The notes under the pieces: generated by a model | Database searches by the model: none | Told to the model about the DNA's origin: nothing | The model's input: only the letters and a program-made list of their open reading frames with translations | Source: an uncultured Pseudomonadales bacterium | GTDB taxonomy: Bacteria > Patescibacteriota > Microgenomatia > UBA1400 > PJMF01 | Assembly (NCBI GenBank): GCA_964570365.1 | Contig: CAZMXT010000004.1 | Location: forward strand, 2,792-66,791 | DNA length: 64,000 bases | Direction: 5' to 3' | In this document: positions 1 through 9,603 of the stretch, piece after piece | How the letters are laid out: every line of letters begins with the position of its first letter | How positions within the stretch are numbered: position 1 is the stretch's first letter | Made by a program: the position numbers and the translations under genes

Positions 1-183
1 GATATTATTTCTGAAGAAAAACCAAGAGCACCGTTATTGCTAAAAGACTATGGCTTTGAGTGGCTTTGGAGGATTTTACTCGAACCAAGAAGGTTGGCCA
101 GAAGATACTTTGCAGATGTTTTGGCTCTCACACAGCTGTTTATAAGCCATTTATTAAAAAAACTCAGACTTAACCTTAAATAG
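1..183 (+). CDS. WecB/TagA/CpsF-family glycosyltransferase, C-terminal part (cut by window edge)
   Basis: Frame 1 reads DIISEEKPRAPLLLKDYGFEWLWRILLEPRRLARRY...*, the family's RAP...GxEWxxR...EPxRLxxRY C-terminal signature. Not in the ORF track. Confidence 0.85.
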   Translation, partial: DIISEEKPRAPLLLKDYGFEWLWRILLEPRRLARRYFADVLALTQLFISHLLKKLRLNLK

Positions 184-737
184 CCTTACTTTAGCCTGGG
201 TATCAGAATAAAGTGTACGAATGAGAGAGATCTTGGGTAGAAGAAGGTTGCATTCATACTCAAAGTTTGAGTGCCACTCAGCATTAAGATACTCATAACT
301 ATAGACTGTAATTAAAGTTTTCTCACCCAAATCACTTTGACCGAACTTGCAATCATATTTGCCTGGTAGGTCTATACTGTTAAAGTTAAGTTGACGGTAT
401 GTTAAGAAATTATTAGGATACTTTAAGTTGTGTTCTTTATGCATAAGCTCAGTGTTTCCATAACTAAAGAAAGTGGCATCGTCTTCAAAAAAATAAAGTA
501 CTGAGTCATATTGATAGGCAACTGCTATGTTTATGACGCTTTCTGTAAGCGGAGGCTCATTCAAGTTATTGGGGTGCAGGTCAGTACAGCAAAATCCCAG
601 TGAACATTCTGTTCCTGTTGTGCAACTTTATAAATTGAAGCAATAAGTAAAAAGAAGAATACCAAAAAGAAGAGGCTCCATAAAATTATGAGGTGATTCT
701 GAGTGGACTTTTTACTTTTTCTAATGAGATTTTTCAT
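154..737 (-). pseudogene. Hypothetical membrane-anchored protein, apparently frameshifted
   Basis: ATG at 737 gives MKNLIRKSKK plus a hydrophobic helix and stops at 561. The frame of ORF 154-564 is open from 627 (SCTTGTECSLGFCC...). One extra base near 630 would join them. Confidence 0.45.
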
Positions 738-751
738 AAACTTAAGCTAAT

Positions 752-1456
752 CTAGAAATTCACAAAATGGTCCCAACTTCTCATATCACCGCTATGCTTT
801 TGCAAAATACAAAAACTTCCTTGATATTCACGACTTATTCTCTGTAGTCTTCGCTCGTCCCAAAAAAGGATGTTTTTAATAACCCATTCGTCATTTGCAT
901 CAATATTCCACAACTTAAATGGTAAATTCTTAATTAAGAACATCACTGCCTTGCGAACAGACGGATTCCATAAGTTGCGAATAATTAACACTCCGCCATT
1001 TTGCAAAAATTTAGTTGCAAAGTAAATGTCTGTCATGATTCCATCAAATCGTTCATCACCATCCATAAAAAGAAGATCTACTTTTTGATTTAATTTTTTT
1101 AAATTGGAACCAAAAAATTCTTGAGAACTTTGTGAAACAAAATTAATATTCTTCAATTGGAATCGCTCAACTGCCTTCAGGCCCATCATTTCAAAGTTGT
1201 CTTGAAAGTGATCCAATACATAATGTTGTTTAGGTCTAAAAGGTCCTTTCTCCATCCATAGGGTGGAGATGCCGTATCCCAGACCGATTTCTACTATTAG
1301 TTTTGGTTTAAAATCGTTAACAAATTTATTTAAAAAACTTCCTTCACCATAATTAATCGAAGTAGGGAAGTACTTTTTCCTCTGCTCTGCAAATTCTTCT
1401 CCAAAATATATTCCCTCTAAAAAATTCGATATAGTGTTGTCTCGTTTGAATGCCAT
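752..1456 (-). CDS. Class I SAM-dependent methyltransferase (Methyltransf_24-like)
   Basis: IVEIGLGYGIST motif I, DLLFMDGD and GGVLII motifs. Confidence 0.8.
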   Translation of the reverse strand: MAFKRDNTISNFLEGIYFGEEFAEQRKKYFPTSINYGEGSFLNKFVNDFKPKLIVEIGLGYGISTLWMEKGPFRPKQHYVLDHFQDNFEMMGLKAVERFQLKNINFVSQSSQEFFGSNLKKLNQKVDLLFMDGDERFDGIMTDIYFATKFLQNGGVLIIRNLWNPSVRKAVMFLIKNLPFKLWNIDANDEWVIKNILFWDERRLQRISREYQGSFCILQKHSGDMRSWDHFVNF

Positions 1457-1478
1457 AATAGCTATTCTAATCTAGATT

Positions 1479-2360
1479 ATGAAAATTGCCTTATTTGGTT
1501 ATGGCTACTGGGGAAAAATTGTCTATAAGGAGCTGACGGCTCTAGGCCTAAGTGTGATGATTGTCGATCCCACTCTTAAAGATCTGAAAGCGTCCACTCA
1601 AAGTGACGTCTTAAAAGATTCCACAATTCAACATTGTTTTATAGTCACACCTGAAGCTTCTCATTTCAAAGTTGCTCAAGCGTGTTTACAAAAAAATAAG
1701 CATGTTTTTGTAGAAAAGCCTCTTTGCCTGAAAGGGATTGATGCTCAAAAGCTGATTTTTCTCAGCCAACATTATAAGCAGGCGCTTTTCGTAGACTACA
1801 CCTTTCTTTATGACGAGGCCTTTCAATACATTCAGAGATATGTCCAAGAGAAGAACTTTGGCTCGTTAGTCTCTGTGCGCACTGTTCGGCATAGCCAGCG
1901 ACAGTCCCAACAGGCTATCAAGATCAGTGATGACTTAGTCATTCATGATTTGTATATCTTAGAGAGACTTTTTGACTCAAAAATTACTAATTTTGAGATT
2001 CTTTTTGCGCAAAACTCAATGCTCAAGTTACAGTTACTCTTTGAAGACAGCAGAATAGCAACTGGTGAGTACGTGTGGTCTGCTCTAAACTCAAAAAGAG
2101 AGATCACTTTAAAAGGTGAAACTGGGGAACTGACTTGGGATAAAACCCAAGCTATAAATAAAGATCAAATGACAGAAAAGTCTCAGCTAGGAAGTACTAC
2201 TACAGAATACATTAAAAAATCTTCAGCATTAAGTAACTCAGTTCAGGCTTTCTTGGAGTTGTCCAAACATACTTTTGCAAACCCCAATCTAGCTCACGAA
2301 GACTACCTTCGTCACGTTAGAATCCTAGAAGGAATTCATCATGCATGTCCCGCTTTTTAA
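1479..2360 (+). CDS. Gfo/Idh/MocA-family oxidoreductase (nucleotide-sugar dehydrogenase)
   Basis: GYGYWG Rossmann motif, HVFVEKP, DLVIHD. Confidence 0.85.
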   Translation: MKIALFGYGYWGKIVYKELTALGLSVMIVDPTLKDLKASTQSDVLKDSTIQHCFIVTPEASHFKVAQACLQKNKHVFVEKPLCLKGIDAQKLIFLSQHYKQALFVDYTFLYDEAFQYIQRYVQEKNFGSLVSVRTVRHSQRQSQQAIKISDDLVIHDLYILERLFDSKITNFEILFAQNSMLKLQLLFEDSRIATGEYVWSALNSKREITLKGETGELTWDKTQAINKDQMTEKSQLGSTTTEYIKKSSALSNSVQAFLELSKHTFANPNLAHEDYLRHVRILEGIHHACPAF

Positions 2361-3459
2361 CTTAAAACGCCAGCTTGCCAGCCTAGAAGTTGAGATTCTT
2401 CAGAAATTTCAAAGTTGTATAGAAAATACTGAGTTCACTGTTGGAGCAGAGACAGTTGCTTTTGAAAAAGCTTTTGCTGCGCTTTGTCAGACGAAGTACT
2501 CAGTTGGAGTTGGCTCAGGCACTGCCAGCCTTCTCATAGCTTTAAAAGCTGCTGGAATTTCTGAAGGTGATGAAGTGATCACTACACCATTGAGTTTTGC
2601 TGCCTCTGCCGATACAATTGCCTTGGCTGGAGGAACGCCTGTTTTTGTCGAGACACTTGCTGAAACTGGAAATATTGATCCAAAATCTATCGAACAGCAC
2701 ATTACCCCCAAGACAAAAGGATTGCTGATAGTCCATCTCTATGGTGTCCCGTGTGAGATGGATGAAATTTGCGCTATCGCGAAAAAGCATCATCTTTTCC
2801 TGATCGAAGATGCTTCACATGCCCATGCCAGTCTATATAAAGGCCAGCCAGTTGGGTCATTTGGGTTAGGTGGGTGCTTTTCTCTGTATCCTTCCAAAAC
2901 ATTGGGAGCGTTAGGAAATGCGGGGGTAGTTGTATCGAGCAATAAAGAATTTATTAAAAAAGTTCGGATGTATGCCCATCATGGAATTGCTGACTTAGCG
3001 CATAAGTACTCACATTCTGTACATGGCTATAACGAACTGATTGATAATCTCCAAGCTGCTGCCTTGAATGTCAAAATGAGGCGGTTACGTCAGTGGATTG
3101 TCCGGAAAACTGAGATTGCAGTCATATACAACCGGACTCTCCAACAACTTAATCAACCTGGAATGTGCTTCCCTGATAACACTCAGCCATCTTTATATGT
3201 TTTTGCAATTCAGGTCAATAAAAGAACAGAATTCCAAGAGTTTTTAAACAAAAAGGGGATCGAGACAGGTATCTACTATCCTACCCCCCTGCACCTTCAG
3301 CAATCCTTCAGCAACAGAAAAGACCTAAAACAGGTAAAGCTGAGTTTTCCGCTCGCAGAAACTTTTTTTGCTCAAACAATGTCTCTTCCACTTTATCCAG
3401 AATTAACAGATCTGGAAGTTGAGTATATTTGCCAAGCTATTAAAGAATTCTTTCAATAA
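2341..3459 (+). CDS. DegT/DnrJ/EryC1/StrS PLP-dependent sugar aminotransferase
   Basis: GDEVIT, VHLYG, IEDASHAH, SLYPSKTLGALGNAG (PLP lysine), SLPLYP. Confidence 0.92.
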   Translation: MHVPLFNLKRQLASLEVEILQKFQSCIENTEFTVGAETVAFEKAFAALCQTKYSVGVGSGTASLLIALKAAGISEGDEVITTPLSFAASADTIALAGGTPVFVETLAETGNIDPKSIEQHITPKTKGLLIVHLYGVPCEMDEICAIAKKHHLFLIEDASHAHASLYKGQPVGSFGLGGCFSLYPSKTLGALGNAGVVVSSNKEFIKKVRMYAHHGIADLAHKYSHSVHGYNELIDNLQAAALNVKMRRLRQWIVRKTEIAVIYNRTLQQLNQPGMCFPDNTQPSLYVFAIQVNKRTEFQEFLNKKGIETGIYYPTPLHLQQSFSNRKDLKQVKLSFPLAETFFAQTMSLPLYPELTDLEVEYICQAIKEFFQ

Positions 3460-3512
3460 AGTCAGCTCTCTATTGTTTAAGAGGTGATGCTCAGGATACA
3501 CTTGATGTAGTT

Positions 3513-5678
3513 ATGTTAAAGTTAGATCAAGTCTTATTTTTTCTTGGCTACTTTAGTTTGCTGTTCTTACTTTTAACCCTAGGTGATGTTGAAATTGTGG
3601 TAGTTTGGCTTGGTCTGATTGCGTCTTTTTTCTTTCTTTTTAGAGAAAAACTCACTTTGAATTTTTATCAACCTGGCTTCCTCGCTGCGACGTTACTGTT
3701 GAGCGTGACTGTCTTTTCTTTACTCACCACCGTGAGTTTGCCAGCTACTGTCTTAAGAATATTGGTGTTCTTAGGAGCTTTCTTAGCTTTCCTCTTCTTT
3801 CTTCGTCTAGATAAGAAATGGATCTCTGACGAGCTGCTGGCCTTAGGTTTTGTAGCCGTAGGTGTGGCAATTTCCCTGCTTACTTTAATCCTCCTTATTT
3901 TCCCTCAGATAAGTAGTAGGTTGCCGCCAATGAACCTGCTCGTCTCGACGTATGGCCATAACCATGCGGCGACATACTTGGGTTTTTCACTTCCTCTAGC
4001 TTTTTACTTCTGGTGGGAAAGGAGAAGTCGTTGGGTTTCGATTGCTCCATTACTGATTATTATCCTGGGGTTGGCACTTACGTTTGCTAGATGGTCAATT
4101 CTCGTTTCGCTCATATTGTTCTTTATCTTATTGAGCCGGGTTCCAACTTCTCGGAAACAGAAGCTGCTCTCGTTCGTCATAACACTCCCAATCCTGGTAT
4201 CAATTTTTATTCTGAGCTTCTTCAGTTTAGGTAAAACTGAGTGTCCTTTTTTAAGTTATCAATCCCAGTTGTGTAAATCTATTCAGGTAGAGGCCAGGCC
4301 AGAGTATTGGCAGCAAGCCATTCAGGGCCTGAAAGAAAAGCCGCTGTTTGGTTGGGGACCAGGAGCCTATTTTATTAATTCCAGAAAAAATGCTGAAGGG
4401 GCAGCCTTTTATTCAGCCTATGCTCACAATGAGTATCTTCAGATCTTGGCTGAGTATGGGTTGCTGGGTGGGGGAATTTTCTTGATCTTTCTTGCTTTTT
4501 TATTTAGGAGAGCTCTCGGTATTATCTTCCAAAAATATTCCCTACATACAGCTCTTGCAACGTCAGTACTCTTTCTGCTCTTGGATGGATTACTTGACTA
4601 TAACTGGACCTTCTCCGGTATTTTATGTATTCTTTTTTCAACGGCAGGTCTCATTTTCCGAGAGTCGGTCTCAAAGCCTTTAGTAACTTCTCCAGCTGTG
4701 AAGAAGTTGTATAAGCTTGTTTACCTAAGTATCACTACTACAATAATTCTTCTTAGTCTCCTGGCTTCTGTATCTTTGCTTTTGGGGAAACTGAAAAAGC
4801 CGGAAATAGCTAATCAATTTTTTCCTTTTTTTGAGTTTCAAACAGAGCGGTTACTTAGCTCTGAAAATTTTCCTCAGTCTCAATCTCAGCTCATAGCAAC
4901 TCTCTACTGGAATCACTCCACTATTTTGTCTAAGCTCTCTCAATCCGGTTATGAGCAGGAGCATAAAGCTCAGTTATTGACGCAAATGATTGCGCTGGAA
5001 CCGAAGAACTTGCTCTATCAGAAAGAAAGACGCAAACTGCTCATTGAGGCGAAAGATTGGCAAGGCTTGATCCAGCAAGCGCGAGACTTTCGTGTTGTGT
5101 ATCCTGGTACAACAATCTGGAATCTCTCTGAGGCTAGCCACCTGCAAATTGTTGATGAGTTGGTCAAAGCAGGAAATAAGGCTCTCGCTGATGACCCGGA
5201 GGCTGCTGCTGCTCTCTATTTGGCAGCCTATGACCTTAATCCATGGCTGATCAATGCTACTGATTTTGAGGTGAACATGTTCCAGCAATTGAATAGTCTT
5301 GAAGATGCAAAAGCGCTCGCCTTTCTAGGCTCATTTCAAGTTCAGGATATTGGCAGATACCATCCAGTTATAGGGGATTGGTGTCGGGGGAAGATCAAAG
5401 AGAAGATCATCGGTAGTCAATGGCATGAAGTGTCTGAGTATACACAGTGCGTACTTCGCTTTTCGCCTTGGAGTGGTCACTTAGTCTGGCTCGATGCTTC
5501 TCAAGTTTTTATGGCACATCCTCAATTTAAAGTAGGAAAGCCAGCTGAGCAAAGATCCTTCGTTCAGAGTTGGGCAGAAGTGCATACGATCTTAAGTTCT
5601 CATAAAGGGGAGTATGAGCTGGATAAAAAATCTGAGGAAGAGCTAGCTCTCTATCTCAACGAAGTAGACAAGCTATAG
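3513..5678 (+). CDS. O-antigen-ligase-family (Wzy_C) membrane protein with long helical C-terminal extension
   Basis: About 12 hydrophobic segments; R..YW..A....PLFGWGPG and AHNEYLQILAEYGLLG motifs. Confidence 0.85.
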   Translation: MLKLDQVLFFLGYFSLLFLLLTLGDVEIVVVWLGLIASFFFLFREKLTLNFYQPGFLAATLLLSVTVFSLLTTVSLPATVLRILVFLGAFLAFLFFLRLDKKWISDELLALGFVAVGVAISLLTLILLIFPQISSRLPPMNLLVSTYGHNHAATYLGFSLPLAFYFWWERRSRWVSIAPLLIIILGLALTFARWSILVSLILFFILLSRVPTSRKQKLLSFVITLPILVSIFILSFFSLGKTECPFLSYQSQLCKSIQVEARPEYWQQAIQGLKEKPLFGWGPGAYFINSRKNAEGAAFYSAYAHNEYLQILAEYGLLGGGIFLIFLAFLFRRALGIIFQKYSLHTALATSVLFLLLDGLLDYNWTFSGILCILFSTAGLIFRESVSKPLVTSPAVKKLYKLVYLSITTTIILLSLLASVSLLLGKLKKPEIANQFFPFFEFQTERLLSSENFPQSQSQLIATLYWNHSTILSKLSQSGYEQEHKAQLLTQMIALEPKNLLYQKERRKLLIEAKDWQGLIQQARDFRVVYPGTTIWNLSEASHLQIVDELVKAGNKALADDPEAAAALYLAAYDLNPWLINATDFEVNMFQQLNSLEDAKALAFLGSFQVQDIGRYHPVIGDWCRGKIKEKIIGSQWHEVSEYTQCVLRFSPWSGHLVWLDASQVFMAHPQFKVGKPAEQRSFVQSWAEVHTILSSHKGEYELDKKSEEELALYLNEVDKL

Positions 5679-6287
5679 TGGTAACTAACAAGAGAACATC
5701 TTTAGCAATACTTCCATCTCGTAACGTATTCTCTTCCAATTTCCTCCACTTCTCCAAAGAAAAATATCTCTTTGGATCAATCGCCCAAAGTGAGATCACC
5801 CCTGGTTTTACCTGGTATCGAAACTCCCACTCTTTGTCTAGTTTCTTCGCTTCTGCGAGAGGTAGGGGGCGAGGGCCAACGAGGCTCATTTCGCCTCTTA
5901 GAATATTTATTAGTTGAGGCAGTTCATCCAAACCGCTGCGAGACAGAAACTTTCCTAGGAGAGTAAAGCGGGGGTCATCTTTCATTTTAAACATTGGCCA
6001 GGGCGCTTCATTCTGGCCCAATAAAGTCTTTTTTTGCTTTTCTGCTCCCACAGTCATGGTACGAAACTTAATCAGGGGAAATGAACGCTTCTGGTACCCA
6101 ACTCGCTGCTGGATGAAGAGAATTGGCCAGCCACTCGTAATAAAAACGCCAATGAGGATCAAAAGAAAAATTGGCCACAAAAGAAGAATCGCTAAAATCG
6201 CTGAAGTAACGTCAAAAAGACGTTTCTGTGAACTAAAGTAGTAGGGTGAGATGAACTGGCTAGAAATATCTCTGTATCTTAGTTCAT
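5656..6287 (-). CDS. Bacterial sugar transferase (initiating phosphoglycosyl transferase); start codon out of frame by one base
   Basis: KFRTM, DDPRFT, LDELPQLINILRGEMSLVGPRP. The frame extends upstream through KRLFD to stop codons at about 6289-6294 without an in-frame ATG. An off-frame ATG sits at 6287. Confidence 0.85.
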
Positions 6288-6323
6288 CTTACTAGTATGA
6301 ACAAGCGATATTGTTGAGCGGAG

Positions 6324-7838
6324 TTAAGTAATATCCTTAGGATCATCGGCGTTGGCAAAATCAGCTTCGTTTGCGCCTCGACTTTGCCAATAACTCCAGA
6401 TTCCAGTGGCAATGCAGAGAAATCCGCCTGCTAGAAGCATTAAAGTAGTGCCTACAGAACCAGATTTAGGTAACGCACTTGAGGTAGATGGCATGGTTAC
6501 TCGGGGAGAAGCACTGGTGCTGGCACTTGATGAAGCAGTTGGTGATGGTGAAAAAAGAGGACTAGGTGACGGAATCGTAAACGGGTTATTGGTCCCAAAC
6601 GGAGTTGGTGAGGTATTTGCTTGAGCTAGTAGTCTGCTGGTCGCAGTTGAACTGACATAAAAAGTTTTGGTCTCTGTTTTTTGCTGGCCGGTTGCAGGAT
6701 CTGTATAGGTGATAGTCACTGAGTGCTCACCTGGCTCAAGTTCTTTCTCTCCTAGTGAGAGAGGGAGAGAAAAATTCCCAGCTGCATCAGCAGTCACTTG
6801 AGTAACAATTTGAGTTTCTGAGTTAACCTGAATAGTTACCACTACGCCAGGAGCTGCTTTACCCATAATGGTAGGTTGAGTGGTGTTCACCGTTGGCTGG
6901 TCTACCTTGTCTAAGTTGACTGTTACAACCTCAGTAGCAGCTGGTGTCGGAGAATCTTCTGGTAGCGGAGAAGGTGACTCACTTGGTAAAGAGCTCGGAT
7001 TTTCTGCAATCACGTCATTTTCTGCCTTATCAGGGTCTTCATCTTCACTGCTGCTATCTGTAGTGAAAGTATCTGTATCTGGCTGGGCTGCACCACCTAA
7101 ACTGATCGTGCGAACTGGCTGTGACTCGTCAACCGTAACTTGGAGTGTAGTTGTACTGGAAATTTGAGGACCCTGAACAAAAAGGTTGAGTGTTTCAGTA
7201 GAACTTACGTCAACTGGTTCTAAGGAATCTCTTTTACGAGCATTGGAGAGAGGGATTGCCCAGCTCCCAGAACTGCGCACCAGAGTAGAAAGCTCTCCTA
7301 CTTCAGGAATAGTTAGGTAGACAACTGCACCTTCGGCGGGAGAGCCACTTGCAGCCATAATATTTCCATAAACAGTTTTCGCAGCTGTAGTTGCTCTGGC
7401 GCGTTTAGCAGTTTTGACGGTAAAAGGTGCGCCATTATTATCATGCTTAGAGACTGAGGCAGTCCCCAAGGTAAAGTAATAGTCCTTATCAGGATCAACA
7501 TTCTTGACGCTAATATGATGAGTAGAGTATTGGCCAACACTACCAGACAATTGGTCTCGATCATCACTCGCCTGGAGCTTGAGCTCAGTGGCAATTTCTC
7601 CATACTTAATAAAACCACTGGTAGCTTCATCTGTTAAAAAAGAAACCGTAAAGCCCGTGTCATTCACATTCGTCACTTTAATATTTTGAGGGGTAGTCTG
7701 CGGAGTAGCTCGAGGGGTAAAAACTCCTCCTCCAGTTCCAATCATAGCAATCCCACCAATTAAGGAGAGAATAAGAATTCCAATACCCAGTAAGGTTGGA
7801 ATTTGACGTTGGGCAGTTCTTTTTTGAAAAGCAGGCAT
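6324..7838 (-). CDS. Surface protein: N-terminal TM, FN3-like and Ig-like domains, S/P/T linkers, C-terminal LPKSG + TM anchor
   Basis: PQNIKVTNV...FTVSFLT...HHISVKNVDPDKDYYF (FN3-like); PTIMGKAAPG...ADAAGNFS...PGEHSVTI (Ig-like); LPKSG at 6459-6473 followed by a hydrophobic helix. Confidence 0.7.
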   Translation of the reverse strand: MPAFQKRTAQRQIPTLLGIGILILSLIGGIAMIGTGGGVFTPRATPQTTPQNIKVTNVNDTGFTVSFLTDEATSGFIKYGEIATELKLQASDDRDQLSGSVGQYSTHHISVKNVDPDKDYYFTLGTASVSKHDNNGAPFTVKTAKRARATTAAKTVYGNIMAASGSPAEGAVVYLTIPEVGELSTLVRSSGSWAIPLSNARKRDSLEPVDVSSTETLNLFVQGPQISSTTTLQVTVDESQPVRTISLGGAAQPDTDTFTTDSSSEDEDPDKAENDVIAENPSSLPSESPSPLPEDSPTPAATEVVTVNLDKVDQPTVNTTQPTIMGKAAPGVVVTIQVNSETQIVTQVTADAAGNFSLPLSLGEKELEPGEHSVTITYTDPATGQQKTETKTFYVSSTATSRLLAQANTSPTPFGTNNPFTIPSPSPLFSPSPTASSSASTSASPRVTMPSTSSALPKSGSVGTTLMLLAGGFLCIATGIWSYWQSRGANEADFANADDPKDIT

Positions 7839-7916
7839 AAACTAATCAATTTACTTTAGGTGAATGCCGGGTGGAATACAACGCGAAGAAGGTCCGAAAC
7901 ACAGTCATGACAACAG

Positions 7917-8324
7917 CTATGGGGAAGGTACTTCTTCAACTACTGGAAGAGGAGTGGGGCTCTGTCCTACAGTCTCAGTCTCAGGGCCGGCAATAGCAGG
8001 AGTAGCTGGAGGTTGGTACGGGTATGAGGGTGAGTCCACGATGACAGTTTTTTTGCCCGTCTCATCTTCGGTGAAAAGAAAGAGTGGGAAGTCAGTCAGC
8101 TCTTCTGATTGATAGCCTTTTTTTTGCTCAATCCGTGAAACAACTTCCAAGTTGATATTGGGATTGAGTGGCTCAGCTAAACGAAGCAGCTCCGGAGATG
8201 TCTCAGTCACTTGCTGGGTTCGAAAAATGCTAATTCCTATCCAGATCATGGCGGTTACAAACGTAAAGATTAGAATCCGCAAAACAGCTTGGCGTTGTTT
8301 TAAATCTTGTAAATGACTTTGCAT
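7917..8324 (-). CDS. Hypothetical single-TM protein in the pil cluster (PilP position)
   Basis: N-terminal TM, Pro-rich tail, 7 bp downstream of pilO. Confidence 0.6.
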   Translation of the reverse strand: MQSHLQDLKQRQAVLRILIFTFVTAMIWIGISIFRTQQVTETSPELLRLAEPLNPNINLEVVSRIEQKKGYQSEELTDFPLFLFTEDETGKKTVIVDSPSYPYQPPATPAIAGPETETVGQSPTPLPVVEEVPSP

Positions 8325-8331
8325 AATTATT

Positions 8332-8994
8332 CTACTTTGTTTCTACTGGTTGTGCAGGGTCAGCGGATGTCGTGGCATTGGCCGCTTCTAAATCATAGTA
8401 AGGAATATTGAGGGTGACTGTGGCTTGAAGGCCTTTTTCGCCAACTTGCTCCACTTTATTAAATAGAATTGAATCGACGGTAAAGACCCGGCGAACAGCC
8501 CTCAGGTCTTCTATAAACTTGCGAATGACTAGGTACTTACCATCAAGAATTACCACGACTGGCCTTGAAACCCGACTTTTTCGAGAAAAGAGTACATCTG
8601 GGTCAGTTTCCTGCGGTACTTGTTTCGCCTCAATCGAGGAAATAGTTAAGTTGTTTTCGCTGGCAACTTTTTCAATAATCGCCAGGGCAGTTTCAAATTG
8701 AGGCGTGGGAGGAATGGCTTCATCTAGTACTCCCAAACGTTCTTGGTTAGTGATGTACGTAGATTGGAGAGTAGATAGTGACGCAACTTTTTCTGCCAGT
8801 TTTTGATTTAATACCTGTTTGTCTTCCATTTCTTTAATCAACTTAGACATTGTCAGCAGCGTGGGGCGGATTGCAAAAACAGCAAAGAAAACAACTGCAA
8901 TGGCAGTAAAGAATAATTCTAATGAAACCTTTGCCACGGGCTTATCGTAAAACTGTTTCAGGGTATTCTGGATTTGTTTTTGTGTATTGATCAT
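8332..8994 (-). CDS. pilO: Type IV pilus assembly protein PilO
   Basis: TM-coiled coil-(AIP..P...)-ferredoxin-like pattern with G.Y..IRKFIEDL..VRRVFTVDSI; follows pilN. Confidence 0.75.
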   Translation of the reverse strand: MINTQKQIQNTLKQFYDKPVAKVSLELFFTAIAVVFFAVFAIRPTLLTMSKLIKEMEDKQVLNQKLAEKVASLSTLQSTYITNQERLGVLDEAIPPTPQFETALAIIEKVASENNLTISSIEAKQVPQETDPDVLFSRKSRVSRPVVVILDGKYLVIRKFIEDLRAVRRVFTVDSILFNKVEQVGEKGLQATVTLNIPYYDLEAANATTSADPAQPVETK

Positions 8995-8995
8995 G

Positions 8996-9553
8996 CTACT
9001 TAGGCTTTACTTTGGTGGTAACTGCTTGAATACGGAACTCAAAACCGCTGTTCTCGAGTTGGGCAGTTTCAATTTTCTCGACATCCACATCACTAAATCG
9101 ACCAGAAAACTGTAAGTTATTAATTAGTAAGCTCAGTGAAACATTAGACCGAGCCACTCCATTCAGAATTACTCTACCTGGCTGAATCTCTAAAGAATCC
9201 ATCACCACATCATTCGGGGTAATTTGAGTGAGAACTGGGAAAATTTCAATAATGTTTTCTTGCTGTTCAACTTGGATATAGTTGGTAGTTTTTTTCTGAA
9301 TCGCTTTAATGTTCTCTTCGAGATCTCCATAGGAATTAATAATAGATTTTTTTTGTTGAATAGCACCATTGAGATCGGTAATTCGACGATCAAGAGTGAA
9401 GCGACTAGCAAAACTTAAGATCACGATAACTTCAGTGAAAATGATTAAATATCGACCCACAGACATCGCCCACTGCAATAATTTGCCCAGTGGCGTATCA
9501 AGAAAAGGATCTTTAGGTAGTAAGTTCACCTGAAGGGACACCGGCTTTTTCAT
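8996..9553 (-). CDS. pilN: Type IV pilus assembly protein PilN
   Basis: VNLLP N-terminal motif, TM, coiled coil, ITPNDV...ILNGVA...LQFSGRFSDV. Confidence 0.8.
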   Translation of the reverse strand: MKKPVSLQVNLLPKDPFLDTPLGKLLQWAMSVGRYLIIFTEVIVILSFASRFTLDRRITDLNGAIQQKKSIINSYGDLEENIKAIQKKTTNYIQVEQQENIIEIFPVLTQITPNDVVMDSLEIQPGRVILNGVARSNVSLSLLINNLQFSGRFSDVDVEKIETAQLENSGFEFRIQAVTTKVKPK

Positions 9554-9603
9554 CACTTCATTGTATACATGAAAGGTAGCTCTAGACCAGTATTAGCTTG
9601 GGA

